From Devosiaceae bacterium (GTDB taxonomy: Bacteria; Pseudomonadota; Alphaproteobacteria; Rhizobiales; Devosiaceae), in the NCBI GenBank assembly GCA_035547975.1, contig DASZTU010000162.1, positions 1-36,296 on the forward strand: a DNA stretch of 36,296 nt, written 5' to 3'. Under the pieces are notes generated by a model, which did not search any database, was not told where the DNA came from, and saw only the letters and a program-made list of their open reading frames with translations. This document shows positions 18,157-27,290 of this stretch, in pieces. The translations under genes were made by a program, and so were the position numbers. The stretch's first letter is position 1. Each line of letters starts with the position of its first letter.

Positions 18157-19557
18157 ATGACCACGCGCACCGAAACCGATTCCATGGGAGCGATCGAGGT
18201 CCCGGCCGACAAGTATTACGGCGCCCAGACCGCGCGCAGCCTCATGAATTTCGACATCGGCGGGCAGAAGATGCCCGACGAGATCATCCGGGCGTTCGGC
18301 ATCCTCAAGAAGGGCGCGGCGCTCGCCAATTTCCGGCTCGGGCTGCTCTCGGCGGAAAAGCGCGACCTCATCACGCGGGCGGCGGACGAGGTGATCTCCG
18401 GCCGCCTCAAGGACCACTTCCCCCTCGTCGTCTGGCAGACGGGGTCGGGCACGCAGTCCAACATGAACGTCAACGAGGTGATTTCCAACCGCGCCATCGA
18501 GATGGCGGGCGGCACGATGGGCTCCAAGAAGCCCATCCACCCCAATGACGACGTCAACATGAGCCAGTCGTCCAACGACACCTATCCCGCCGCCATGCAC
18601 ATCGCGGCGGTCGAGGCGATCGAAGGCTATCTCCTGCCGCGGCTCGCGCCGCTGCGCGAAACCCTCGCCGAAAAGTCCGAGGCGTTCATGGGGATCGTCA
18701 AGATCGGCCGCACGCACCTGCAGGATGCAACGCCCATCACCCTCGGCCAGGAGATTTCCGGCTGGGTGTCGCAGATCGACCACGCGGTCGAGGCGATCAA
18801 GGCGACGCTGCCGCAATTGCGCGAGCTGGCATTGGGCGGCACGGCGGTTGGCACCGGCCTCAACGCCCATCCCGACTACGCGGTGACCGTCGCCGAGGAA
18901 ATCTCGCGCCTCACCGGCCGCCAGTTCGTGACCGCGCCCAACAAATACGCGGTGATGGCGGGCCACGACGCTTTTGTCGGCGCCTCGGGCGCGCTCAAGC
19001 AGCTGGCCGTGGCGCTGATGAAGATGGCCAATGACGTGCGCTGGATGGCGTCGGGCCCGCGCTCGGGGCTCGGGGAAATCACCATTCCCGAAAACGAGCC
19101 CGGCTCCTCCATCATGCCGGGCAAAGTCAACCCGACGCAGTCGGAAGCCCTGACCATGGTCGCCGTGCAGGTGATGGGGAATGACGCCGCGATCGGCTTC
19201 GCCGCGAGCCAGGGCAATTTCGAGCTCAACGTCTTCAAGCCCGTCATCGCCTACAATTTCCTGATGTCGGTGCGGCTGCTGGCGGACGCCGCCAAGTCCT
19301 TCAACGACAACTGCGCCGTCGGTATCGAGCCCAACCCCGCCCGCATCAAGCAGCTGGTCGACCAGTCGCTGATGCTCGTCACCGCGCTCAACCGCAAGAT
19401 CGGCTACGACAACGCCGCCAAGATCGCCAAGAACGCCCACAAGAAGGGGACGACCCTGAGGGAATCGGCGATCGAGCTCGGCCTGCTGACGGGCGAGGAA
19501 TTCGACGCGGAAGTGCGGCCCGAGGCGATGGTCGGGCCGATCAAGGTCCGCAAATAA
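18157..19557 (+). CDS. fumC: Class II fumarate hydratase
   Basis: 466 aa with the [16 protein letters not shown] signature and [25 protein letters not shown] at the N-terminus. Confidence 0.97.
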   Translation: MTTRTETDSMGAIEVPADKYYGAQTARSLMNFDIGGQKMPDEIIRAFGILKKGAALANFRLGLLSAEKRDLITRAADEVISGRLKDHFPLVVWQTGSGTQSNMNVNEVISNRAIEMAGGTMGSKKPIHPNDDVNMSQSSNDTYPAAMHIAAVEAIEGYLLPRLAPLRETLAEKSEAFMGIVKIGRTHLQDATPITLGQEISGWVSQIDHAVEAIKATLPQLRELALGGTAVGTGLNAHPDYAVTVAEEISRLTGRQFVTAPNKYAVMAGHDAFVGASGALKQLAVALMKMANDVRWMASGPRSGLGEITIPENEPGSSIMPGKVNPTQSEALTMVAVQVMGNDAAIGFAASQGNFELNVFKPVIAYNFLMSVRLLADAAKSFNDNCAVGIEPNPARIKQLVDQSLMLVTALNRKIGYDNAAKIAKNAHKKGTTLRESAIELGLLTGEEFDAEVRPEAMVGPIKVRK

Positions 19558-19594
19558 CTCCTGCGGCCCAGGACACCGGGCGGCGCTCGCGGCT

Positions 19595-20368
19595 CTAGAC
19601 GAACGCCGCTTCCTCCGATCCCGATTTGACGCCGGTGATCATCGCGACGATGTCGTTGCCGGTCGTCTTGTCGCGGTCGACCACGCCGGCGATGCGTCCC
19701 CGCCGGAAAACCCAGATGCGATCGACGAGGTCGAGCACCTGCCGCAGGTTGTGGCTGATGAGGATCATCGGGATGCCGCGCGACTTGAGGCCGCGGATGA
19801 TGTTTTCGACCTGCGCCGTCTCCTGTACGCCGAGCGCGGCCGTCGGCTCGTCCATGATGATGAGTTTCGAGGCAAAGGTCGCCGCGCGGCTGATCGCCAC
19901 GCACTGACGCTGCCCGCCGCTCATGTTGCGGATCTTGTTGCGCAAATCGGGGATCTTGACGCCCGTCGCGGTCAGCGCGTCCTGAGAGCGCTGCAGCATC
20001 TTGCGCTCGTTGAGGAAGCTGAACGGGCCGAGGTTGAAATAGCGCTCCTCGCGGCCGAGGAAGAGGTTCGAGGGGATGTCGAGGTCGTCCGCGAGCGCGA
20101 GGTTCTGGAACACCGTCTCGATCCCGATGTCGCGCGCCTCGATCGGGGTCTTGAACTCGACCTCGCTGCCCTCGAAGAAGATCTTGCCGGCGCTCGGCCG
20201 CTCGACCCCGGTGATCTGCCGCACGAAGGTGGACTTTCCGGCCCCGTTGTCACCGACGATCGCGATGTGTTCGCCGTCCCACAGCTCGAAATCGGCGTCC
20301 TCGAGCGCCCGCACGCCGCCATAGTGCTTGGTGAGCCCCTCGGTCCTGAGAATGATCTTGTCGCTCAT
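19595..20368 (-). CDS. Sugar ABC transporter ATP-binding protein (single cassette, FrcA-like)
   Basis: 257 aa with Walker A GDNGAGKST, signature LSGGQRQ (MSGGQRQCV) and Walker B IIMDEPT. GAGGAGG RBS. Confidence 0.9.
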   Translation of the reverse strand: MSDKIILRTEGLTKHYGGVRALEDADFELWDGEHIAIVGDNGAGKSTFVRQITGVERPSAGKIFFEGSEVEFKTPIEARDIGIETVFQNLALADDLDIPSNLFLGREERYFNLGPFSFLNERKMLQRSQDALTATGVKIPDLRNKIRNMSGGQRQCVAISRAATFASKLIIMDEPTAALGVQETAQVENIIRGLKSRGIPMILISHNLRQVLDLVDRIWVFRRGRIAGVVDRDKTTGNDIVAMITGVKSGSEEAAFV

Positions 20369-20381
20369 TGCCGCCTCCTCA

Positions 20382-21407
20382 CTAGCGCCCGCGCAACCGC
20401 TGCCGGTAGACGTCCTGGATCACCGCGCCGACGATGATCGCGCCCTTGATCATCTCCTGGTAGAAGGCGTCGATCCTGAGGAAGGTGAAGCCGGAGATGA
20501 TGACGCCGAAGATCAGGGCGCCGAGCACGGTGCCCACGATCGAGCCGCGTCCGCCCGAGAGCGACGTGCCCCCGATCACCGTCATGGCGATGGCGTCGAG
20601 CTCGTAGCCAAAACCCATGCCGGCCTGCGCCGTGAGGTTGCGCGAGCAGAGCACGATCGCCGCGACCGCCGCGAGAATGCCGGCGATGGTATAGACCAGC
20701 ACCTGGTGGCGCTCGACATTGATGCCGGAGACGCGCGCCGCCGATTCGTTCGAGCCGATCGCGTAGGTGCGCCGTCCGTAAAGGGTGAAGCGCATGATGA
20801 TCTGGAAGATCACGGCGATCACGAGGAAGATCAGCACCGGCCGGATGCCTTCGGAAATCGAGGCGAAGCTGTCGGTGGGAAACGAGACCGGCTGGCCCTT
20901 GGTGTACCAGTCCGCGACGCCGCGCGCCGAAACCATCATGCCGAGCGTCGCGATGAACGGCGGTATCTTGGTGTAGGCGATGATGAGCCCGTTGATCAGC
21001 CCCGCGATGAGCCCGCAGGCGAGCCCGACGGCGATCGGCACGATGACCGGCAGGTCGGTCAGCGCCGGGTACATGGCGCGGGTATAGGTCGAAACCTGCG
21101 CAAAGCTCATCAGGATCATTGCCGAGGCGCCGACCACCGAGCCCGAGGAGAGGTCGATGCCGCCGATGATGATCACCTGCGTGACCCCGACCGCGATGAT
21201 GCCGACGATCGAGACCTGCAGGATCATGATCTGCAGGCGCGCCGGATTGAGGAGGAAGCTCTGGTGGATCAGCGCCCACCCGAGGACCTCGAAGATCAGC
21301 GCGATCGCGATGAGGCCGATGAGGATGTTCACTTCGGCCGGCCAGGGGCGCCGGCCGGTGCCCGAAGCGCTCACGGCGCTGCTCGTCGTGCTGGATATCT
21401 CCGCCAT
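20382..21407 (-). CDS. Sugar ABC transporter permease (RbsC/FrcC-like)
   Basis: ATG 21407 is preceded by a GGGAGGGA RBS (track start 21443 is an extension). The product is a multi-TM permease with the typical GGIDLSSGS motif. Confidence 0.9.
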   Translation of the reverse strand: MAEISSTTSSAVSASGTGRRPWPAEVNILIGLIAIALIFEVLGWALIHQSFLLNPARLQIMILQVSIVGIIAVGVTQVIIIGGIDLSSGSVVGASAMILMSFAQVSTYTRAMYPALTDLPVIVPIAVGLACGLIAGLINGLIIAYTKIPPFIATLGMMVSARGVADWYTKGQPVSFPTDSFASISEGIRPVLIFLVIAVIFQIIMRFTLYGRRTYAIGSNESAARVSGINVERHQVLVYTIAGILAAVAAIVLCSRNLTAQAGMGFGYELDAIAMTVIGGTSLSGGRGSIVGTVLGALIFGVIISGFTFLRIDAFYQEMIKGAIIVGAVIQDVYRQRLRGR

Positions 21408-21567
21408 GGATTTCCCTCCCTCGCCAACGGCGGCGGGCGGCAAGCCGGACGCCGCGTCACTCCCGCCCTCTGGCGGGAAATGGCTCTCATCGGCCGGCGG
21501 AACCTTGGTTCCGAGCGAAATCCCGGCTGGGCGGGAATGACGGCACGATCATAGCACAGGATTGCGA

Positions 21568-21596
21568 GGGGGCGGCCTTTTGCGCGGGCCGCCCCC
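21568..21596 (-). terminator. Intra-operon hairpin between the SBP and permease genes
   Basis: Perfect 10-bp stem GGGGGCGGCC...GGCCGCCCCC with a 9-nt loop, 16 nt downstream of the SBP stop. There is no clear U-tract, so it is more likely an attenuator or mRNA stabiliser. Confidence 0.4.
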
Positions 21597-21611
21597 GAAG
21601 CTGTGAAGAAC

Positions 21612-22571
21612 TCAGTTCTTCGTCATGTAGTTGGCCATGTTGTCGGGCGTGACCAGCTCGAACGGCACCCAGACGGCCTTGTCGAGCTTTTCACCCTTGG
21701 CCAGCTTGAGCGCCGCATCGACCGCGCCCTTGCCCTGGCCGGCCGCATTCTGGAACACGGTCACCTTGAGGTCGCCGGCCTTCATCGAGGCCAGGGCGTC
21801 CTGGGTCGCATCGACCCCGCCGATGATCACGCTCTTGGTGTCGACGCCCGCCGCCTTCATGGCCTGGAGCGCGCCGATCGCCATTTCGTCGTTGTTGGAG
21901 ATCACCGCGTCATAGGGCGTGCCGGCGGTCAGCCAGTTGGCCATCAGGCTCTGCGCCTGGTCGCGCGACCAGTTGGCCGTCTGCAGGTCGATGATCTTGA
22001 TGAAGTTGCAGTCCGGCGTGGCGATCACGTCCTTGACGTCCTGCGTGCGCTGCACGGCGGCCTGGTTGTTGAGCTGGCCTTCCATGACGTAGACGTTGGC
22101 GCCCGAGCCCTTGCCGGCGTCTTTGAGCAGCTTGCAGATCTGCTTGGCCTCGAGCGTGCCGGAATCCGATTCGTTCGAGCCGACGAACGTCTCGTTGGGC
22201 GGCAGCTTGTCGAGGTTGACCGGCTGGCGGTTGACGTAGACCAGCGGGATGTTGGCGTCGGCCGCGAGCTTGGTGATGGCTTCCGTGGCGCTCGTGTCGA
22301 CCGGGTTGACGATGATCGCGTCGACCTTGGAGGCGACGAAGTTCTGCACCTGGCTCAGCTGCTTGTTGACGTCGTTGCCGCCGTCCTCGACCTGCAGGCT
22401 CACATCGGGAAGCGTCTTGGCGTAGTCGATCATGCCGTTGCGCAGCACGGTGAGGAAGTTGTCGTCGAACTGCGCCATCGAAACGCCGATATTGGCCGCC
22501 GATGCCGAACCGGTCATCGCCGTACCCATCAGAAGCGTGCCCAACAGGGCCGCCATCGCGAGTTTCTTCAT
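21612..22571 (-). CDS. Sugar ABC transporter substrate-binding protein (RbsB/FrcB-like)
   Basis: 319 aa with signal peptide MKKLAMAALLGTLLMGTAMTGSASA and a type I periplasmic sugar-binding pattern. AGGAGGAG RBS. Confidence 0.9.
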   Translation of the reverse strand: MKKLAMAALLGTLLMGTAMTGSASAANIGVSMAQFDDNFLTVLRNGMIDYAKTLPDVSLQVEDGGNDVNKQLSQVQNFVASKVDAIIVNPVDTSATEAITKLAADANIPLVYVNRQPVNLDKLPPNETFVGSNESDSGTLEAKQICKLLKDAGKGSGANVYVMEGQLNNQAAVQRTQDVKDVIATPDCNFIKIIDLQTANWSRDQAQSLMANWLTAGTPYDAVISNNDEMAIGALQAMKAAGVDTKSVIIGGVDATQDALASMKAGDLKVTVFQNAAGQGKGAVDAALKLAKGEKLDKAVWVPFELVTPDNMANYMTKN

Positions 22572-22648
22572 GGTTCTCCTCCTATGGGCGTCCGGCGCGC
22601 CCTTGTTGGCCGGAGGCTCCTCTCCCGGGAGCCGACGCGTGAGCGCCT

Positions 22649-23491
22649 TCAGGCGGCGGCCCTCCCAAGGCCGCCCTCGATAAATCGCATGCTGTTCCGA
22701 ATGGCCGCGGCCGGGTCGCCGAGCGCGCGCAGTTCGGCGGCAAAAGGCTCGAACGAGATCGGCCCGGCATAGCCGGCCAAGAGCAGCCGCCTCAGCTGGC
22801 CGACATTGTCCAGCCGATCGGCGGGCCCGACGAGCACCCGATGCGCGTCCCGCATGTCGGCAATGGCGAGGGAAGTGTCCTCGACGCCCGAAATGTGGAC
22901 GAGGCCGGTGAACTCGGGAAAGATTTCGGCTTCTCCCGCGAGCACGTGGTGGAAGGTGTCGTGCGTGATGCGGAAGACGTCTTCACCGCCAACCGCGCGG
23001 ATCGCCTCGACCGCCTCGCGCTTCGAGCGCAGCGAGCAGATTTCGAACCCCAGCGGCTCGACGAGGCCGGTGATGCCGTGCTCGGCGAGGATCGGCCTGA
23101 GCGCCGTGAGCGCGTTGCGCAGGTTCTGCTGCCGCGCCCCGTCTTCCCGGCCGGTGCCGTCGTTTTTGGGGACGAGGATCAGCGCCCCGGCGCCACATGC
23201 TCTGGCATAGCCGGCGAGCGCGCGGGCTTCCGCTTCCCGCGCCGCGTTCCACTCATTGAAGCGCTGCAGCGCATTGATGGTGAGGATGGTGACGCCGGCG
23301 CGCGCGGCTTCGGCCTTGACCGCTTCGGGCGGGGTGCCATCGAGGATGGGCTTCCCCTCGATGTCGTTGCGGATCTCGACCTCATCGAGCCCGAGCGAGC
23401 GCGCCAGCGCAAAGAACGCCGGCAGCGGCAATTGCGGCGCAGCCATATGATTGAGCGCGAAGCGCAGCTTCGCCGTGGTCGCAGCCGGCAC
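22649..23491 (-). CDS. Sugar phosphate isomerase/epimerase (xylose isomerase-like TIM barrel, IolI/inosose isomerase-like)
   Basis: LRFALNHM...VEIRND...INALQRFNEW pattern. GTG 23491 has a GGGAGG RBS at 7-nt spacing. ATG 23539, used in the track, is the alternative start. Confidence 0.78.
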   Translation of the reverse strand: MPAATTAKLRFALNHMAAPQLPLPAFFALARSLGLDEVEIRNDIEGKPILDGTPPEAVKAEAARAGVTILTINALQRFNEWNAAREAEARALAGYARACGAGALILVPKNDGTGREDGARQQNLRNALTALRPILAEHGITGLVEPLGFEICSLRSKREAVEAIRAVGGEDVFRITHDTFHHVLAGEAEIFPEFTGLVHISGVEDTSLAIADMRDAHRVLVGPADRLDNVGQLRRLLLAGYAGPISFEPFAAELRALGDPAAAIRNSMRFIEGGLGRAAA

Positions 23492-23733
23492 TCCAGTTCC
23501 TCCCGGCGGATGCCCCGCTCTTGGGAAGAAATGAAACATTGGTTCTGTTTTTTGTCAACTCAGAATGTTTGTTCCGTTTGGCGTGCCCGCGGCGCCTTCC
23601 CGGGCTGCCGGAGTGAGGCGTGTTGCAGCACGGTCGCGACCGCGGGACCGGCATTCAGCATGTGAAGTGTGACCCCTTGCCGCACCCGGGCGGCGGGTGT
23701 TGACTGAGCCTGCAACCGTCTGGGGGTTTTGAC

Positions 23734-24243
23734 ATGCTTGCAGCCTTTTCGCGTCGCGCCGCCTGTGCGGCGCTCGTCGTTGCCGCACTCTCCTGCCCCG
23801 TCTATGCGGCCGGCGGATCGTCGGCCACGATCACCACGGACGACATCATGAACATGCTGACCAACATGGGCTACTCGCCGTCGATGAACGGCAAGTCGGT
23901 CGAGGTGAAGGTCAACCGTGATGGCGACCACTACATCTACTTCGATCTGTCCAAGGACAGCACGATCATCTACGCCGACATCTCGTTCCAGACCTACACC
24001 GAGGCCGAGTCCAAAAAGCTCGATATCAAGGGACTGCTGGTCGCCAACGACTCCAACCGCGCCTATTACTCGCTCGAGGAAAAGGACGGGAAGTACTCGC
24101 TCTACCTGAACGTCAATGCGCCGTCCTCCGGGGCGAATGCGTCGACTCTCCGCGGCATGATCGACTCGATCCTGAACACGGAGAGCGACACCGACAGCCT
24201 CTGGAACATCTGGGAGGACAACAGCTCCAAGTCGGGCAAGTAG
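23734..24243 (+). CDS. Secreted hypothetical protein (possibly YbjN-like fold)
   Basis: 169 aa with signal peptide ...ALSCPVYA/AGG and a mature part rich in S/D/N/K/Y. GC3 is high although overall GC is lower. Confidence 0.6.
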   Translation: MLAAFSRRAACAALVVAALSCPVYAAGGSSATITTDDIMNMLTNMGYSPSMNGKSVEVKVNRDGDHYIYFDLSKDSTIIYADISFQTYTEAESKKLDIKGLLVANDSNRAYYSLEEKDGKYSLYLNVNAPSSGANASTLRGMIDSILNTESDTDSLWNIWEDNSSKSGK

Positions 24244-24259
24244 CGCCTCTGGCGTTGAC

Positions 24260-24754
24260 TCAGGCTGGTGGGGAACCGCTTCCGAGAAGGCCCGATTCCC
24301 GCCACCAAGCAATGGCCGCCGCGAGCACCGGGTGAATCTCGGTTTCGCGGTGGTCCGTATGAACCAGCATCACCCGCTGCACGGTGTTCTGGTTGTAGAG
24401 CGAGACCATGTAGTCGGGCGTCGAGAGCCGGTGATACTCGGCGATCGGCACCTTGACGCTTCGGGTCACGAGCCGCGGGGCACCCGGCGCCTCCTCGCAG
24501 AGGTCGAAGATCGCGGCCAGCGCCGCCGAGCGTGCCCGCAGCGCGTCGCGGAAGGCGAGCACATCGGGTGCGCCCAGCGTCCAAGCCGGCCCCGCCCCCC
24601 TGAGTTCGTCGAAGGCGCGGTCACAAAAATCGTCGATGAGCGCCGCCGCAAGCCGCGCCTTTCGAGCGGAAAGCGGCCGCGCCGCCGCTTCCTCGACGCC
24701 CTCCGCAACGACGGCGAAGCGCGCCGTGAGCGGCGCCGGATCAAGACCGCCCAA
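24260..24754 (-). CDS. Hypothetical protein
   Basis: GC3 is about 85% in this frame across the whole interval. The only start candidate downstream of the DLH gene is TTG 24754, 2 nt after the DLH stop. The upstream part of the 274-aa track ORF overlaps DLH. Confidence 0.45.
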   Translation of the reverse strand: MGGLDPAPLTARFAVVAEGVEEAAARPLSARKARLAAALIDDFCDRAFDELRGAGPAWTLGAPDVLAFRDALRARSAALAAIFDLCEEAPGAPRLVTRSVKVPIAEYHRLSTPDYMVSLYNQNTVQRVMLVHTDHRETEIHPVLAAAIAWWRESGLLGSGSPPA

Positions 24755-24756
24755 GG

Positions 24757-25434
24757 CTAGCCGAGGTGCCTGGCGAAAAAGGCGAGCGTCCGCTCGTTGG
24801 CGAGCTTGCAGGCTTGTGCATTGTAGTTGCTCGGCCGGTCGGCATTGCAGAAACCGTGGACGGCCCCTGGATAGAGGTAGACCGGCACTTCGGGATAGCG
24901 CTTGCGCAGGGCTTCGACCTGCTCGAGCGGAATGCCCGTATCCTTGTCGCCGAAATGGCATTCGATCGGAATGGTGGGCGCGAGGTCGATATAGTTCTGC
25001 ACGCCGCCCCCGTAATAGGACGAGGCGGCCGAGAGCCCGAGGCCCGCATGCGCGGCGCGCCAGGTCATCGCGCCGCCGAAGCAATAGCCGGTGACGCCGA
25101 CCTTGCCGGCCGACGCAGCCTCCTTTGCGGCCGCCTCGATGTCGAGCAGCACCTTGGCCGGGTCGAACGATTTCATCAGTTCGCCGACCTTGGGGAAGTG
25201 GTCGGAGCCGTAGTTCTCGCTCTCAAAGCCGTATTCCATGCGGTCCATGGTGGCCGGCGCAATGCAGAGATAGCCGGCTTCGGCATAGCGGTCGGCCTCG
25301 CTGCGGATCCAGCGGTTGAGGCCCCACACTTCCTGCAGGAGCACCACGCCGCCCCGCGGCTTGCCGGCCGGAACAGCCTTGTAGGCATTCACCGAAAAGC
25401 CGTCCCGGCTCGTGAGTTTGATCCGCTCGCCCAC
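24757..25434 (-). CDS. Dienelactone hydrolase family protein
   Basis: GTG 25434 is preceded by GGAGG (track start 25512 is an extension). The 225-aa product has VVLLQEVWGLN, the nucleophile motif GYCFGG and a C-terminal HGF. Confidence 0.85.
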   Translation of the reverse strand: MGERIKLTSRDGFSVNAYKAVPAGKPRGGVVLLQEVWGLNRWIRSEADRYAEAGYLCIAPATMDRMEYGFESENYGSDHFPKVGELMKSFDPAKVLLDIEAAAKEAASAGKVGVTGYCFGGAMTWRAAHAGLGLSAASSYYGGGVQNYIDLAPTIPIECHFGDKDTGIPLEQVEALRKRYPEVPVYLYPGAVHGFCNADRPSNYNAQACKLANERTLAFFARHLG

Positions 25435-25540
25435 CGCATAACCTCCGCTGTCGCTGTGATTTGGACAGAACCGTCCAGCCGGCAACAAAGCCAATGCCGC
25501 GCCGGTCCGCAAGCCGTGTCACGAGGCAGTGAAGGCCGTG

Positions 25541-25574
25541 GGCAAAACAAAAGGCGCCCGGTAGGGGCGCCTTT
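25541..25574 (-). terminator. Rho-independent terminator of the DUF1127 gene
   Basis: On the minus strand: AAAGGCGCCC-CTACC-GGGCGCCTTT followed by TGTTTTG. It starts 26 nt after the TAA stop. Confidence 0.6.
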
Positions 25575-25599
25575 GGCGATACGTCGCAACAGGCGTTGC

Positions 25600-25743
25600 T
25601 TACTTGGTCTGGCCGCGAGCCAGCGTCAGGATCTCGTCGCGCATGATGCCGATATCGGCGAGCTGGCGATTGTCGAGCCGGTTGAGCTCCTTGACGGTGC
25701 GCTGGTAGGTGGCGAACTGGTTGAGCTTGCGCAAAATGGTCAT
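25600..25743 (-). CDS. DUF1127 domain small protein
   Basis: Not in the ORF track because it is only 47 aa. I translated it by hand: MTILRKLNQFATYQRTVKELNRLDNRQLADIGIMRDEILTLARGQTK. AAGGGGA RBS, with its own terminator. Confidence 0.8.
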   Translation of the reverse strand: MTILRKLNQFATYQRTVKELNRLDNRQLADIGIMRDEILTLARGQTK

Positions 25744-25884
25744 TTTCGTGTCCCCTTTCCTTACCCGCTAAAGATGGGGAGGCACCGGCCGGACGAGCAG
25801 GCCGGGTTTGGGCAAACGAGCCATGCAACGGGGGCAGGGGCCCGACGATTGTTAGCCGTATGCATGACTGCAGGGAGCCGCTCG

Positions 25885-26310
25885 ATGGATGAATTCCAGC
25901 ACTTCGTCGAAGCCCAGGCGCCGGTCATTTCCCGGGTCGAGGCCGAGCTCGCCGCCGGGCGCAAGGCCACGCACTGGATGTGGTTCGTCTTCCCGCAGCT
26001 GGCCGGCCTCGGCGCGAGCGGGATGTCCCGCCGCTATGCCCTCCATTCGCTCGAAGAGGCCCGGCGCTACCTCGACCACCCGTTGCTCGGGCCACGCCTC
26101 AGGCACTGCACGGGGCTCGTCAACCGCCTCGAGGGCCACTCCGCCCACGATATCTTCGGCTCACCCGACGACATGAAGTTTCATTCCTCGATGACCCTTT
26201 TCGCCCGCGCCGCACCCGGCGAGCCCGCCTTCCGCACCGCCCTCGAGAAATACTTTGGGGGCCGCGAGGATGCCCGGTCCCTCGAACTGATGGGGGTGCG
26301 CCATGGCTGA
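25885..26310 (+). CDS. DUF1810 domain protein
   Basis: ATG 25885 follows GGGAG. The 141-aa product has KATHWMWFVFPQLAGLG and the full DUF1810 pattern. The 5' 1.1 kb of the 514-aa track ORF is antisense noise. Confidence 0.8.
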   Translation: MDEFQHFVEAQAPVISRVEAELAAGRKATHWMWFVFPQLAGLGASGMSRRYALHSLEEARRYLDHPLLGPRLRHCTGLVNRLEGHSAHDIFGSPDDMKFHSSMTLFARAAPGEPAFRTALEKYFGGREDARSLELMGVRHG

Positions 26311-26527
26311 GGCCCCGGCCAGCGATGCCGCGCGCCTCGAGGCGCTCGAAATCCGCGCCGCCTATCAGGAGCGCACCATCGAGGAGCTGAACGCCGTGCT
26401 CGCCGAGCAGTGGAAGGAAATCGAGCGGCTCGGGCGCGAGTTGCGCCTCCTGGAAGCGGAGCTGCGCGAGGCGCTCGCCGGACTCGCCGAAACCCCCGGT
26501 GAGGAGCCGCCGCCACCGCACTATTGA
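26303..26527 (+). CDS. slyX: SlyX family protein
   Basis: 74-aa coiled-coil protein with LEIRAAYQERTIEELNAVLAEQWKEIERL. It overlaps the DUF1810 stop by 8 nt (ATGGCTGA). Confidence 0.8.
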   Translation: MAEAPASDAARLEALEIRAAYQERTIEELNAVLAEQWKEIERLGRELRLLEAELREALAGLAETPGEEPPPPHY

Positions 26528-26684
26528 TCGACCTTGGCCGGGCGGGATGGCAGGTCTCCCCTGTCGCCCGGCTGAAGCGGCCGTTCATCCGCCGCTCAGC
26601 CACCCCGTGCCAAATCCCTCGCATGCAACGACGCCGCCACCCGGCCGCGGCAACTGTCCCGTTCCTCGAGGGAGATCACGTCCG

Positions 26685-27290
26685 ATGACCCGCACGCTCG
26701 TTCTCGCGGTGGTGGCCTTGGCGGCCTCGCCATTCGCCGCGCCCGCCTTTGCCGCCGGCGCGACCGAGCTCGCCCTGCTGGGCAATGCGGGCACGGCGGA
26801 AGTCTTTTCCTGCTACGAGCGGCGCTATGACGAGGACCACCTCCAGAGCCACCCCCACCAGAACGTCCGCGGCGTGAAACTCTTCTTCGACAGCTATGTC
26901 GACAAGGACTCGGGCGAGCGCATCAACCTCATGTCGCTCGGCTGGAATTTTCGTAAGCTCAAGGCCGAGTTCCAGACCTATGGCGAATGCGCGACCCTCG
27001 ACGGCGCGCAATCGCTCGGCTGCGGCGCCGACTGCGACGGTGGCCACTTCGATGTCACCGCGGCGGGGGGCGTCGAGACGCTCCTGCTCAAGGTGCCGGA
27101 CTATGTTCGCATCGACGATCCGACGCTCGCAGACTCGGACGACCCCAGCGTTTTGCCGAAGGGCGCGGCGCTCGGCAGCGACGACAAGGAATTCCGCCTC
27201 GCCAAGGTAGACCTCAAGGAGTGCCGCTCGCTGATGAACGGCGACCAGGTCACGGCGATCTTCGGCTCGAAGACGGCAAGCGCCAGATGA
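26685..27290 (+). CDS. Secreted hypothetical protein with 5 Cys (includes CGADC)
   Basis: ATG 26685 follows GAGGGAG. Signal peptide MTRTLVLAVVALAASPFAAPAFA. 201 aa, family not recognised. Confidence 0.6.
   Translation: MTRTLVLAVVALAASPFAAPAFAAGATELALLGNAGTAEVFSCYERRYDEDHLQSHPHQNVRGVKLFFDSYVDKDSGERINLMSLGWNFRKLKAEFQTYGECATLDGAQSLGCGADCDGGHFDVTAAGGVETLLLKVPDYVRIDDPTLADSDDPSVLPKGAALGSDDKEFRLAKVDLKECRSLMNGDQVTAIFGSKTASAR

Noticed and set aside
17986-19440. 484-aa ORF antisense to fumC
   Set aside because: It is a shadow of a near-certain fumC, with no motifs.
23734-24243. Lower overall GC of the secreted-protein gene as a sign of horizontal transfer
   Set aside because: Read codon by codon, the third positions are still strongly G/C, matching native usage. 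The GC dip comes from amino-acid composition (S/D/N/K/Y/I), and there are no flanking mobility genes or repeats.
24766-25884. 5' 1.1 kb of the 514-aa plus-strand ORF
   Set aside because: It is antisense to the dienelactone hydrolase and DUF1127 genes. The recognisable DUF1810 domain starts only at ATG 25885, which has its own RBS.
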